64,000 bases of DNA from Takakia lepidozioides (GCA_030704615.1 CM060734.1:54250001-54314000), one strand, 5' to 3'; shown: positions 23,053-44,251, counted from the stretch's first letter. The notes: generated by a model not told the origin, from the letters alone. Numbers and translations: made by a program.

Positions 23053-25567
23053 ATGTCGCCAGATCAGGAGAGGGCGGTCGAGGAACAGAGGGCATTGCTT
23101 GAGGACTCTGACATATACCGGGGAGAGAAGGAGCCTGAGACAAAAGATGAGGAGAACAACAAAAGTGAAGTGGTGAACGGATTGCCCGCTGGCCCGGGAG
23201 GCCCTGTGGTTGGTGCCCCCGTTTCTCGCACTCCCTGGTCATCGGGCCTGTTTGCGTGCTTTGGAAGGAATGATGAGTTCTGCGGCAGCGACCTGGAAGT
23301 CTGTAAGTTCGATAAGCTTCGTTTCTTGTTTTGACTTGGTGAAAGAATTTCTGGAGAGGGACGATGGTTGAGATGGCAAGGAAGTAGCATTGGTATCGAT
23401 GTACAATGCCTTGTTCGTAAATGTTGAGCAGAGCTGGCGCACTGAGTGGTCTCAGCAGATTTGAGGCAAATGCATGATAATTTTCCGTATTTCTGGATAT
23501 TGAATGAGAGAATTAACTAGTCACTAACCTTAATCAGGCATGTCAAGGTGATTGTCTGCCAAATCGCCACCAAGTAGCCAGAGACAAGTATCTGGTGTTT
23601 GCACAGGTGGTTTGGATTATTTGAAATTGTGTGACATTTGAGTAGAGATTGAACAACCAATGTATCTACCTATAATATTAGTGAGTAAAGGGAATACAAT
23701 GGTGCCCAAGTTCAAGCTTCTGTGCAAAATTGCACACCGCTCTCAGACATGCTCCTTTTGGGCACCATTGTGGGCTTTCTGGTCTCATTTGCTAATCTTT
23801 ATGTGGGGAGTCCAGCAAGTTAAAGATCAGCATGGTCTCAAGTGGAGGGAACTAATTCCCTTATTAGTATGTGCACAGGTTAATCCTGAGTACACGTGTC
23901 AAAGGGCTGGTAACTCACTGTCTAGGATTTTTTAGCGTGATCTTGTCGTGCATCTTGTCGTGCCATCCATATTCAGTAGGCTAGGCCGCGCTTGTCCTAA
24001 ACCGGCAGTACATCTGCAAGGAGAGCTGGTTTAGCAGGTCAACAGTTGAGCAGGGTCACAAAATCATACAAACCTCAGTTGAAAGCTCAGTGGTTAATTA
24101 AAGTAGTTGCTTAGACATGTGAAGGACAAAATTTTGTCAGGGATAATGCCTATTAAAATTTTATTAGGGTATCTTATGGTTTAGTGAGCATGTATATGGG
24201 TCACTTGTTCGCCCCAGGTCCCAAGGGTGGGCAGTTGGTGTAGCAATATGTGCAGCTCTTGTGCAGTTCCAGCTTCAATCCCTCTAGCATGCACATTAGG
24301 AGGGAGTGGATTTTTTGGACTTTTATCCTTTATATAAGAAATAGTGATCTGTAATGTTATTGATATGACTAAAAACTGGAATTTGTCAGGTATCCTGGGG
24401 ACATTTGCACCATGTGTGCTATATGGCAGCAATGTGGAGCGCCTGTACTCAAGTCGAACAGCCTTCAGCAATCACTGTCTGAGATACAGCAGCCTCTACT
24501 TTTTGGGAACCTGGCTGTTCGGCTACAATGTCTTGGCACCTTGTTTTTCTTACCCTTCCCGGTCTGCCATTCGCCGAAAGTTCAACTTGGAGGTATGATA
24601 TAGTCCAGGAATTGTCCCCGTGACTTACTCTGTGCACCATCCAGAATGGATACACCTTCTGCCTGGTTTTATCACATTTCTTGGTCATCTAGAGTCTCCA
24701 TCATGCAGGCTGGCAGTTGTGTGTCAAGCAACTACCAGTAGCTCAAAATCACATTTCAGAAGCAGTCAGCTTTGATCAGTCTGAAATGGAAAGGTCTTTC
24801 TAAAACCATTATTAGGAGGGATTTTGAAGTTTTCAGGTTTTAGAGGGATCAAACCAGAAGATTCTGTATCTAAGATCCAACTTGCAATTCGACTGTGTGG
24901 CTTGACTGCTATTAAAATTCTTTCCCCAACATGTGTTAGTGACCAAGCGCAGGCCTGTCATGAAAATTCCTGTTGGCTGTTGATGAAATTAGGTACGGAG
25001 TAGCTAATGTTGTTGGATTGCCAGTGCAATGGCTCTGGCTATTTTCTGATGTCCTGGTTTTCCTCTGCTTTGCTGCTTAGCATTGCTGGGTTCCCTGTGG
25101 TTGGGAACTTTATGAGATGGTGGAAGTTTGCACTGTATGTGCATTTGCACTGGATTTTGTTTGTTGATTATCGACATATTTAGATTTTGCCTGAGCCTGG
25201 CTCTGCAAAGACAAGGGAGGACGAAAAAATCAATAAATCCACATGTCGTTCAGATGATCTGGTTGTCGATGGTTTCTTCAAGTAAAGTTTGACTTTAACA
25301 TTGTATGTTGGGATTATTTCACAGGGTAATGGCGAATATTTGGCCAGGACTGTAGGATGCTGCAGCACAACAATGGCTGATGATGAAAGGAGCGAGCGAT
25401 GTGAGTCTCTCATAGACTTTGCTACGCACATATTCTGTCACAAGTGTTCTTTGTGCCAGGAGAGCCGGGAGCTTCGCCGCAGGCTGCCTCACCCAGCCTT
25501 GGTCACCCATCCTCATATGCCCATGATTCCCCCTTTGGCGCAACACATGGCACCTCCAAGTGCCTAG
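23053..25567 (+). CDS. PLAC8-family (cell number regulator / PCR-like) protein; exons 23053-23302, 24390-24592, 25325-25567
   Basis: PWSSGLFAC, DLEVC|ILGTFAPCVLYGSNVERL, RSAIRRKFNLE|G and HIFCHKCSLCQESREL. GT-AG junctions with consistent phase. Confidence 0.92.
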
Positions 25568-28161
25568 GTCTCTCTAGCCTCAGCTGAGTCGTGCCTCTGA
25601 GAAACCTACAGAATGTGACCACCTCTGCAAAGAAATTGATGTTTCCTCTTGACTATCGGATCCGGAATCAAGTAAAAAGTCGGACCTAGGTCTTTAGAAG
25701 TTTATATTGCCTATTTTGTCAGTGTTTGTAATTTATCTAAGCTGTTGTTTTGCGGTAATCTTGACCTCACTCAGCTGCAGCAGCTATAATATCCTGGAAA
25801 AGTAGTTTATCACATTACCATATACTACAATGTGTGAACATAGACCGCAGTCTTGAACAGCACTACCTATTGTGCATGGACTTCATTATACAGTTTGTTT
25901 TGCTGACAACATGGATAGAATTCTTCATAGTCTGATGTGATGAATAATTTTCAGTTATTCTGCACATGCTTTCTCAGTATCAAAATATGGTACCTTAGTA
26001 TCCTTAGTTAAATCTAAGATGGTTTAATGTCGCCTGGAGCAAGCAGGCCAGTGTTTGGGTGTTTGTGCCTGCACATATCTAGGGTGCTATTGAGAAAAAG
26101 GATTTCAGCAGCTTAAGGTTGGAGACTGGTCTCCTCAATGCCCTTTTGGCTATGCTGTAGAGGAAGGAGGCGAAGGCAAATGGCTGAGGAAGTCGGGCAG
26201 GGGTAAGTAGGCAAAATGACTGTTTAACCCTTAAGTGCCCAATGCTGACATTTTGAAAAATGTGGACCCCAGCTCAGAAAAATGAGCATAACTTGGTGAA
26301 AAAAACGTTTACAGACACCTGGAAATTTCCAGGCCAATCAGGCAAAAATCAGAGGAAGTGTGGGGCCCATTTTTTGGGCCCCCCTCCCAAAATAAAAAGG
26401 GGGGAAATTGGAGGAATTTGCAAATTTAAATGACAGGATGAAATCTGCAGGGTCTGATCCTGCTCACAGGTGTTATCCAGCACATTGGCATTCTGATGAG
26501 CCATAGAATGCAGAAATTGGATTCACATTTTCATACAATGGTTTGCACACATCTCGTCTTCATAGTCTTATGAGTGCCTTATCTAACACTTCTTGTTTTG
26601 AACATTGCAGCTTTGTTTTGCATTATTGTTACTCCCTTATATTTGCAGTAATACTCTCTGCCTCCTCCAATCACCCTGCACACCCAAGAAGGTCCACCTG
26701 ATGAAAATTATGAGTACAATCAAAGGGGTTGAAGCCTGTTGCCACTGACACCAGAGGCTTCAGTGTGGGGTCTCTGCCTTGCTTGGTGCCGGCAGAAATC
26801 ATGGCAATGTGGAGCTAGCAAAAAAGGCATCAAAATGCCTTCCGAGGTGTGATCCACAACAGGCTTCAACATATATACTTCTCTCGAATATCTATACTGC
26901 GGCTGGGAGGGGGGTTGGTAGAACGTGAGCACACTGGTGAGCAGGGGACAACGTAGGTGTGAGCACAAAAACACGGCAATAGGGTACACATATTCCACGG
27001 AAATAGAAGTCACGCGAATAGGGTTCCAAAATAGCGAAAATGTTAGTTGTGTGCCTATTTCTGTCCCTATTTCTGTCCTTAAATCCTAACCATAATGAAA
27101 ATAGGCACCCGTAATGTATATCTTCAAGCTCCAAGTTCCACATATCTAGAGCTTTGGTATCCTACAAAAGAATAACACATTAGGGAAAAACAAAGTCACA
27201 ATAACCAACACCATCCAAAACACACAAATATTAATTGAACAATTTAATATAATGAGGCAAACAACAGGCTTTTGTAGCAAAATAAATCAAGGTATCAGGT
27301 TTTGCAAGCGAAATAATGGATTTCGCAATCGAAATTTCCAAGTATCGCTACGTAGGTCATTATCCAATGGTTTCGTGGGCGAGACAAATGTGTGATGTTT
27401 GGTTTTGCATATAAGAGACAACAGTCTTTTGAGAGTGGAGTTGAATTTAGACCTCATTGGTTGTGTTTAAGGGCGATACCACACTAGCGGGCTGCTGCCT
27501 GTGGAGAGGCGTTGACATGGCTCCAAACTGGCGCCTACAAGTGAAATATGGATTTCCAGGTAGTGTCCCTTGGAAATCCACAATTTTCGGAAGACATTTT
27601 GTTGTGACGCGATTCTCCAAGGTTCTAGAAATTGGTTATTTTTAGAATGAAAAGATAAGGTAGTTGCGATTTTTTGCCGCTGGGCTTAAGTGATAGTGTG
27701 GTAGCTGATTCATTGCCACTTGGTGACATGGACCTATATCATCCAACAATCCCTAGCTTGCAACATCCATGTCCGTGCCATTGGTGTGCCACTAGTGTGG
27801 TACAGGCCTAAGTATATCTAGCTTTGTCCCTTGACAACCGCGTTGTGAGTGGTAACACACACATACCACCTCGGAGGTGGTTGTGGTTCCGTCCACCTTG
27901 AAAATGGTTGTGAGTTCCATCCACCGATTGGTGTCACAATGGTGTCCACCTTCTTGCTGAAAGGCAGTATGCTTTGTGACGTCAAGACACACCACAATTT
28001 GGGCTTCCATTGGAGGCGTCATACTTGAACATAATATATAGCTATTTCTTGTAGCCACTCGTGCTGTTTTTTAAATTTAAGAAAAAAATCATTGGTAATT
28101 GTCAATTAATTATTCTCAAACCTTTTTTTAAGAATTTTTGAGAGTTATAAATGCTCCAACA

Positions 28162-28391
28162 GTCAGTAGCTCAGTTGGTTAAGTGCACTGAGTGCCACCC
28201 AGATGATTTTGGGGTCAAATCTTGCTACTGACGGGTGTGGTATGGTTCTTGGGTGGTGTCCCACTCATTCGCCTCCATGGCGCATAAATGAAAGAGGTTA
28301 TTTTCTCCTCTCACTACAAAGGGGCCTGATTTGTGAGTTGTTGCTCCCAGGTGTTTCCCTTTCTAAAAATAAATAATAAATAATAAATAAA
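28162..28391 (+). mobile_element. tRNA-derived SINE, family A, copy 2
   Basis: Near-identical to 11514-11700, with a GTCAGTAG...CTACTGAC stem and an A-rich (TAAA/TAA)n tail. Confidence 0.8.
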
Positions 28392-29241
28392 TGCAAGATA
28401 ATTTTTGTTAACTTGATGATGACTCTGGCATAGGCTGGAGTAAGTAAGAGTCCCGTCACCTTAGGGTTACTGTCCTTTTTGGGGGGGGGGGGCCTATAAA
28501 AGAGAGTATGGTCTGATTTTTGTTTTGAAGTTATGGGTCTGTATTCTCATCTTTGCTTCCTTGCACTAGCAAAATCATCCCAAGTGCGCTATGCGGAAAT
28601 GGGTTTTCTTTCAGTTCTGTGTGGTACTATAGGTCTCTAATGAGGTGTGCGTCCACGCCTGTGCCAACACAGTGGCTAGCAATGAAAACAAACTTTTCGT
28701 ATTCTTTGACAATCCCCATGACCACCTGGTTGCGTACACTGAAAAATGTTGAATTCTTTCCTATTGGAATCCAGTAAATTGATTCCATGTCACCGACCGC
28801 CTCTAGAGATATAGCCCATTTGCAGTTTGAAACTGTTTGACTTTCCGAATCTGACTCCTCAAACGTTTCTTGGTAAACTCCAAAAACACAGTTTTTCAAA
28901 TGGGCGATATGGGGGCACAGGAAAGGATCATTGGGCTCTTTTTTCCTTGCCTGGAAGAACGGTTTGCCTCCCTTCCCGACGACTCGGACAATATCTCCCA
29001 CTGCAATTTAGTTGTGAAGACTATCACATTGTAAGATCTTTTCCTTTCTTTTTCTTGCGTGGAAGAACGGTTGCCTCCCTTCCCGGCGACTCGGACGATA
29101 TTTCACACTAGAATTAGGTGTGAAGACGATCACATAGTAAGATCTTTTTCCTTTTTTTCATGCCTGGAAGAACGGTTTGCCTCCCTTCCCAATGACTCGG
29201 ACAACATTTCCCACTACAATTTAGGTGTGAAGACGATCATA

Positions 29242-29410
29242 GGTGGACGCGTTGCCGAAGCAAGCGTAACTTATGGTGTCACTTGACCCCATAGGCCTAC
29301 TGCCTTCCGGTGGGAAGGTGGACACCGTAATGACTTCCAACAGGTGGATTGAACCCACAACCACTCGTGAGAGGGTATGTGCCTTACCACTGGGCTACAT
29401 GCTCGTTGTT
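29242..29410 (-). mobile_element. tRNA-derived SINE, family B, copy 1
   Basis: Reverse complement of 29485-29670; A-box TAGCCCAGTGG and B-box GGTTCAATCC. Confidence 0.7.
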
Positions 29411-29484
29411 GAAAACAATCACATTGTAAGAATATCTTTTTCCTTTTTTTTCTTGACCGGAAGAACGGTTTGCCCCCATTGGTA

Positions 29485-29678
29485 AACAACCAACGTGTAG
29501 CCTAGTGGTAAGGGCATATACCCTCTTACGAGTGGTTGTGGGTTCAAACCACCCTGTTGATTGTTACAAAGGTGTCCAGCATCCACCTTCCTACCAGAAA
29601 GGAGTAGCCCTACACCCTTCCGGGTCAAGTGACACTATAAGTTACGCTTGCTTGGGCACCCCGTCCACCCTTTTTTTT
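29485..29678 (+). mobile_element. tRNA-derived SINE, family B, copy 2
   Basis: A-box TAGCCTAGTGG, B-box GGTTCAAACC; ends in a T-run. Confidence 0.7.
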
Positions 29679-29704
29679 GGCCTCCCTTCTCAACAAGTCA
29701 GCAT

Positions 29705-29966
29705 TTTCTTTTTTGGCAAATTTTCGCCCTCAAAAAATAAAAAATAAAACTCTGTTGCAAATTCTCCATTTTTCATGGATGAAATCACCAAACTTCTTCA
29801 AATAAAAAATAAATTATGGATGAATTTGCCAAAATATGGATGATATAAATGGATTAAAGTATGAAGGTGGATGATATCTTAATTTGAGTGGATGAACATA
29901 ATGTATGCCTATTTTTTGCAAAATTTTGTAGCCCCTCGTGCTGTTTTCCAAATTTTAAAAAAAAAA
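29705..29966. repeat. Inverted copy of the 11755-12022 repeat family
   Basis: The reverse complement reads GCACGAGGGGCTACAAAATTTTGCAAAAAATAGGCATACATTATGTTCATCCACTCAAATTA, matching 11773 onward. Confidence 0.7.
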
Positions 29967-31846
29967 CGCTGTCTACGACTCGGACGATATTTCCCACTAG
30001 AATGTAGGTGTGAAGACGATCACATTGGTAAGATCTTTTTGCCTTTTTTTCCTTGCCTGGAAGAACGGTTTGCCTCCCTTCCCCACGACTCCGACGATAT
30101 TTCACACTAGAATTTAGGTGTGGAGACGATGACATTGTAAGATAGGTGGAGGTGGAGGTCCTACCAGTACATGGCCCTTTGCCTGCCACAAAATGCCAAA
30201 GAGCAGAACCAAAGTTTGGTAGGTGGGTGTGTAAAGCTCCAAGGTCAGTCTTCCTCAACCCTCTCACACATGTGGGTCCTGCCGTTTCTGCACTTTCCTT
30301 TGCAAACAGTGAGTGATGAGTCCGGCCCTCTCCTTTCCAAGTCATCACTCCTTTCTTCAAAGGCAGCTTCCATGCACCAGAGCCCCAAACCCTTGTTTTA
30401 CATGGGACTTCAAAATGTCCCATCCAAAATGGGGGCTCTGTCAGACTATCTCCTTTGGGAAGTCAGTTTGCAAACCCATAGACACGACAAGTTCAGTAGT
30501 AGGCAATGATTGTGACAGGGGTCCTTGTTTACCCCCCCCCCCCTCCCCTTCTACCCAAACTTACAAACAATTTCATAACGGAAATGCCAAGTTAAGTTAC
30601 ATGAAAACATTTGCGACGTGGCTCTTAGTTACGCCGGCTTTGGCCGGAGTCTTCTCTCTAAAACATTTGCTACAGATTGGAGTCGATTTGCGAATAAGCC
30701 CCCCAAGTTTGGAGTCCATTTGCGACAGATTGGAGTCGGAGATAGATAGGTTGTTGCGCAAGCATTATGCAAAGGCTGATCGGAATCTCCGCGACCCACA
30801 TTCTCACCAAAACAACCACCCAAAGCTGAACGTAGTTTATTCAACTCCGTCAGCCAGCTGGAGTCATCAACTTATTGCGGCTCCAGTGGTATTTCCTACC
30901 GCAATATTTAACAAACAAACATATTGGAGAAGACCCGTAAGAACTATCATTCTCAACATCCCAAAGCATCACAGAATCAAAGGGATTGAGAGACGTTGGA
31001 TATCACAAGGGGAGTTACCTCCATGAAGGTAAGGGCAGACTGCAGTTATGACACAGTTCCGTGTGCTGTTGTGGAGCGGGCAGCTGCCCGCGGTCTGATT
31101 GACGCGTGTCAGAGATGCTGCCCGCTCAGCGCCGTCTGTCACAAGGGACGGCGTCAGTCGGGGAAAGCGACGGGTCGGCGTCGGGCGGGGACGGCGGGCG
31201 TGCGAAGGCGGCAGCGGGTGACACGGTGAACGGGCGGGTGGGGGCGACATAGGCGGGGCACGTGCGGGGAGGTCCTGAGCTATGGCGGTCTTGCTATTGC
31301 GTCTTGCTCCTAGGCTTTCTCTCTCGGGGCCTTCACCTTCAACCAGCTCGCTGCGCCGTGCTCTACAGATGCCAGCCATGTCTCGAGGGGCTTGCAGACT
31401 GAGGTTCAGGTTTGGTTTACTGGGAGTGCAGCGGGCGGATGCACAGATGTGAAGTCTGGCAGAAGTTGTTGCGTGTTTTTTTTGGTGTGTGTGGGGGCGG
31501 GGGGGGTAAGTGCCTCGTTTCCACGTTGTGGTGATGGAGTGAGAGCTGCGAAATGGTGCGGGGAATGTGCAGAATGTGGCATTCGGATAGGGGGGATCAC
31601 CCGCGGTGGCAACTTGTTCCTCTGTGGAGTCTTTGATTTGAAGATAGGAGTTGGAGATACGCGAGGATCAGTGGTGTGCAGCGGCGGGCAGCCGGATGTC
31701 TTAATGATGGAAGCAGGAATGTGGGACTGGAGAATGTGGTTTCAAGAGAGATGCAGCAGTAAGTTATTGGGCACTCTGTTTTTCAGAAGCCATAGTAATA
31801 ATTAAGGTAGGGAGAGAGAGAGTCGGAGAGGGAGAGGCAGAGAGAA

Positions 31847-39617
<7,771 letters not shown>

Positions 39618-42057
39618 TAGCCATGTCCGCATTGCTTTCTTATCTTCTTTACATTTTATAGGATGTTGCATAGAGACCTGTCTATTTAGTTGTAATCAGT
39701 GTGTAGGCTGGTCCTAGGGGTGTGCCTTCCTGTATGTGTACTCAAGTGTTCATTGTTGAGACTGGCTCGAGAAGTTTGTTGAATATTGCTAGTTTTGAGT
39801 AGCAATGGATTGGCTTGTAGGCAGAGACGTAGGAGGTTGGGAAGGCTTGGTATGTAGTGCTAGTCATCCAATTTGACGTGGTCACTGTGCCCATTTACTT
39901 CAGCTATAAGCTTGTAGAAGCCTCTGGCTGGGCTCAAGAAATAAACATAGATCAAAGCTGGATTCTTAGGATTATTGCAAGTGCTTTGGTTGAGGCGTGG
40001 TCATGTAGGCCTATCGTGAATACTTGAGCGTCTACAGTGGAGCTTCAGTGCATTTAGGTATGTGTGGGTTATATAATTTATGTTGGGATTTTCAGCTGTA
40101 GCTGTGAGTGCAGCCAAATTTTGTCACCAAGATTAGTACTAGATGAGTGTAGCAGCCCTATGGAATAACTAGTATGAGACTCATGGCAAAGGCACAGAAC
40201 GGCCTCTTGCTTTCACATCTTGATTTGCAGGGACTCTTAGATTGGGTCATCAGCACCAACGCAGAATGACCAGGATCTACATTTCGAGCTATGCTGTCAT
40301 AGGCCTTCATGCTGGGACTACTTGCAGAAACACTTGGGCCTGAATTGAGTGTGATGTTATGAAGTACCTATAAACCTCAGGTGCTTCCATTTTCTCGTTC
40401 GGCGTCAGAAACCAGCTCAACCAATTTGCAGTTTGTAGTAGCAATTTCCAATGTGCTGGAGACTGCATGGAGTGATTATACCCAACAGATTTGATCTGTC
40501 ATTAACCCTAAACCTGACCATCATTAGCAGAGGGGGCATACATGATCAGAACCATCATCAATCATACGCATGCGGGCACCTCTAAACAGATTGACAAGTT
40601 GGTCTCAGTTAATGTATTGCAGAGTTTGCCACTAAAGAAACTGTAATTTCCACCATTGTCTAGAAAAGAAACTTCAGGTAGGAATAGAACGGATTTGAAT
40701 GTTGAGAAGCAGCAGCTTTTGAGAGCTTGTGCTGGATGTACTGGTGGACACTGCAACTTCCTTTCTCATGTCACCCCACATGTCATGGTCATTAAATATA
40801 CTCAATTTGGTCAGGGATTATTGGTTGATACAAGCTTGATCTGAAGATTGGCTGATTGATAGATTGAGTATATTTAAGTTTTATCTGTCATTACCAACTG
40901 CAAAAACTACACAAAGTCAGTCCAGACTGTCAAAGAAGGCTGTATGTACTGGTTTGTTTGAACTGGCTGGCTCAGCAAAGATTGCACGTACAAAGAACAT
41001 TATGCTTTATCAACCCATGTCCAGCTTTTGCGTCGAATGTAACAGGTAGTAACCTCGCACTCAATACCACAACCCCAATACGTCCAGCTCAAAAAGAACT
41101 CCTCCTGGTTTACAAATCCACTATCTTGCCCACCACATATGGGGAAGAAATTGGCAATGCCACCTGCACTTGATGCTGGTCTCAAGTTTCTTAAGATAGT
41201 CTCAGTTGTTGCATCAATTCTATGCAACATTCCGATAAGCTCTTCATCTGTAGACTATTCTTGTACAAAGAGATTCAGCTGGTGTATCTGCAAAAAGCAG
41301 AAAAACAGCTGTATTCTCAGCCAGTCACCACTTACAAGCTCACAACGATCCATGTGAAAACATGTAAAAAATGCTTCGAAGACTGCTTCAAGGTTGTGGG
41401 AAGAAAATGTGCAGAGATTCTCAATTAGATACAGATAATATGCTATGGAGACTCCAAGAAATCCATTGACCTTGTATGGGTTTTAAGTAATAGCACTAAC
41501 AAGTGTGTTGCAGAAGGAACAGTACCCGTTTGAAGATACCTCCAAATACTGATGTGCAGCCTCTAATTGTTGGTGGGCCAATGCAACGAGAGATTGTAGA
41601 CGCAACAGGTTCCTCGGAAGATCTCTGGAGAGTCAACAGATATGATCTAGGATTAAATTGCCAAACATCCAACTCCATCTCCGAGCCATCCTCTCCCAGG
41701 GAAGTGCGCAGCCAATCTACCAAAACCTGTCTGCAATATTTCAAACCGTATGCAGTTGCACTTTCCAGACAAGACCAATTTGCTCCTATAGCATACACTG
41801 CCAACATGTCCCAAAGAACTTATCACCATCAAAACCTCTTGGAGGACAGTTAAACTACGACCCCTCCCAACTCTACCCAGGCATGCTCTTGGGGCCTGCA
41901 AGAGACACACTGACTTTTGAGATTCTACAAGAAATTTTCAAATATTTCAACTTACTCTTACCAGCTCAGTCAGAAAGAATCCACACACAAAAGGCATATG
42001 AACTGCGAGCTCATAGCTTCATACCCTCCTGGAGACCTTGAAGTGGAGTTCCCACTC

Positions 42058-43518
42058 CTACATATCTGAAACAGACCAGAGATATGCCTCCAGCTCCATT
42101 GCTTGCTTTTCATTCTTCGACTTAAACATTTCCTTCTCAAACCCTGTACTTCGATCTACCCCATCCCAATGCCGACCAGGCTTGATACCATAACGATTAG
42201 CGGGAGCTCCCCCACCTCTTTTTAACCAGCTGTGATTGGGTATGTCCTGTGGCACGATAAATCCCGACTCTTTCATTTCCTCCCTTGATCCCAAGTCTTC
42301 CAGAACAGGAACGGAGCTCTTCTGCTTGACGAGATGAGCCATAGGATCCCCCCAGCGCAGCCGATCCTTGAGAGATTGATCTAGCTCGGGATCATCTCTG
42401 GACCGTGCAAAGGGTTTACTTTTCTCCTCCTCAAACTCAGCCCGCCTTGCTTCAGCTTCTCGCTTTTGTGCCAAGCCTTTTCCCCACTCTAGTGGCTTTT
42501 CTTTAGGTTTAGCATCACCCTGCTGTTGCCGTAGCAACTCTTCTAACCCTTCCAGCCTCCTACCTCGTTTGTCACGATAAACGGTCTCTGCACCTCGGCC
42601 ACTTAGTGAAGGATCCATGTCTTTAATTCTCTTGGCATCGAGTTGTTTCTTGCGGGCAAGCTCTTCCAGATGCCCCTTGTCAGATGTAAGGCCTGCACGA
42701 GTGCCATCCGTCATCGTCTCTCTTTTCCGCATCCCATCCCTCTTGTCATGCTTTCTATCAGCAGAAAGAAGATCTGGTTCCTCCCTGGAAACCGAAGCAG
42801 AGGATTTCCTCCTGGGCGGTGACAAATCGGGAGGAGCAGACTGTGATTGCTCTTCTGCTTGTATCCTACTGCCGCCGCTTCGTGCAGCAAGAGGAGGTCT
42901 TGGAGGCTTCCTTCGGCGCGGGGAGAGATCGACTTCACGAACCTTAACGGAAGAGCGCCTCACTGGCGGAGACAAATCTTCTGAATCTCTTTCAGAAAAG
43001 GCCCTCCTTCTAGGAAAGGATAAATCAGAACTCTTAGCTATTTTCCGTGGGGGAGACAGATCCGGACTTCTGGAAGACCTCCTTCGAGGAGGAGACGAAT
43101 CAGGGGTCCGACCTCTCCTTCGGGGTGGAGAATAATCAGGACTCTTGGCCCTCCTTCGAGGAGGGGACAAATCCGAAGGCCCAGGCTCGGTAGCGTCTCC
43201 ACTGACTGCAACCCAGCCACTCCCGTCATTTGCAACCGACATGTAGGGGCGGTGTTGCTTTGCTGCCTCCATCTTGTGCATCCGCTTCACCTCCACATCC
43301 TCTATCACCTGCGGCCCTTCTCCCTCCTCATCCTTCTCATGGTCCGATTCCTCTACCACTTGTTTCTGCCATGTTGCATCATCATCCACGATGATCACAC
43401 CTGCCGCCGAAGTAATCTGGGAGCCTTTCCTCTTCTTGCTCTTAAGCTTGCCGCGCTTGCTCTCCTCAGCGCTGCTACTGCTATAACGCTTCAGGTAGCT
43501 CTGCATTGCCGACGCCAT
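42058..43518 (-). CDS. BUD13: BUD13 homolog (RES complex splicing factor), 486 aa, intronless
   Basis: DLSPPR repeats, SGRGAETVYRD, EWGKGLAQ, RWGDPMAHLV, NRYGIKPGRHWDGVDRSTGFE, and terminal YLWSVSDM. Confidence 0.95.
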   Translation of the reverse strand: MASAMQSYLKRYSSSSAEESKRGKLKSKKRKGSQITSAAGVIIVDDDATWQKQVVEESDHEKDEEGEGPQVIEDVEVKRMHKMEAAKQHRPYMSVANDGSGWVAVSGDATEPGPSDLSPPRRRAKSPDYSPPRRRGRTPDSSPPRRRSSRSPDLSPPRKIAKSSDLSFPRRRAFSERDSEDLSPPVRRSSVKVREVDLSPRRRKPPRPPLAARSGGSRIQAEEQSQSAPPDLSPPRRKSSASVSREEPDLLSADRKHDKRDGMRKRETMTDGTRAGLTSDKGHLEELARKKQLDAKRIKDMDPSLSGRGAETVYRDKRGRRLEGLEELLRQQQGDAKPKEKPLEWGKGLAQKREAEARRAEFEEEKSKPFARSRDDPELDQSLKDRLRWGDPMAHLVKQKSSVPVLEDLGSREEMKESGFIVPQDIPNHSWLKRGGGAPANRYGIKPGRHWDGVDRSTGFEKEMFKSKNEKQAMELEAYLWSVSDM

Positions 43519-43977
43519 ATCTACAAGCTCGAATTCCTTGCTGCTTTCTCACACTAGGTGGCCGTCACAAGATGCGTGCGAGATGGCCGCCATAGCGCAG
43601 GCTGTGGACCAAGGCAAGCTGTGCCAGCAGACCCTCCATGGAAGCTCGCTTCCTCAATTGATGGGAACCTGGGAACGCTATGGTAATCACGGGTCTTTAT
43701 ATCAGTCTTATGTTTACTAATATGTATTGTTTTCTTTTTCTTTTTCTTTTTCTTCTTCTTCTTCTTTTTTCTTTAAAAGTACTTTTAGAGAACAGGGGCC
43801 GGCACAGAGGCCCTGGATATTATTATTGATTTATTTGGAATTATTACCCCGGGGGGGGGGGGGTGCCAGAAGCTGAGAGAAAACTCCAGCTGAAGCCTGT
43901 GTAAGAGCCACTTCACCTTGTGGCTACTGTCCTCTATCGGGGGTAGGCTCTATATTGGGGAGTATATAATCTGTAGG

Positions 43978-44246
43978 CATCCACTTTGGATGATTTGCAG
44001 GTTCTTAATTTTGCTGCACTCCTGCAAGAGACCAACATAAGCATTGGAGTCTGCCAAAATACCTCGTCAGTTCAAAATATGCAGCGCTTCTTTCAGTTGC
44101 CCTGACTTATATAGTCCCATCACATCCCCACAAGTGCAAGAGCTCTTGTTGAATCCCTCTCTTGCTTTTTTTTCAGAAACGGTAGCCATAGTGGAAGTAC
44201 CTGTCTCTCAGAAAATTTGCCTGATTTAACGCTGCCATCCTGCATG
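43978..44246 (-). pseudogene. Degenerate PPR gene 5' end immediately downstream of the PPR-DYW stop codon
   Basis: CRMAALNQA..., TCGDVMGLYKSGQLKEALHIL, ADSNAYVGLLQEC and IIQSG match paralog N-termini; contains stops and frameshifts. Confidence 0.8.
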
Positions 44247-44251
44247 TCGTT

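Larger units (their letters stand above)
28938..30143 (+). repeat. ~105-110 bp tandem repeat (about 5-6 full or partial units) interrupted by SINEs and another repeat
   Basis: Unit TTGCCTGGAAGAACGGTTTGCCTCCCTTCCC..GACTCGGACGATATTTC..CACTAGAATT.AGGTGTGAAGACGATCACAT recurs at about 28945, 29055, 29160, 29420, 29975 and 30052. Confidence 0.85.

Noticed and set aside
19029-26238. CACTTAAGGGTT (19029) and TTAACCCTTAAGTG (26224) as piggyBac-like TIRs
   Set aside because: They face away from each other, so they do not bound one element; no transposase is present.
28938-30143. Repeat array as a possible CRISPR
   Set aside because: Units are ~108 bp, degenerate and without unique spacers; eukaryotic context and no cas genes.
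30313-31026. 237 aa ORF upstream of the NDR kinase
   Set aside because: No recognisable motif, it crosses a C-homopolymer, and it lies in a probable promoter region.
40864-42041. ORFs between the NDR kinase and BUD13
   Set aside because: No motif recognised; likely 3'UTR, intergenic or decayed sequence.
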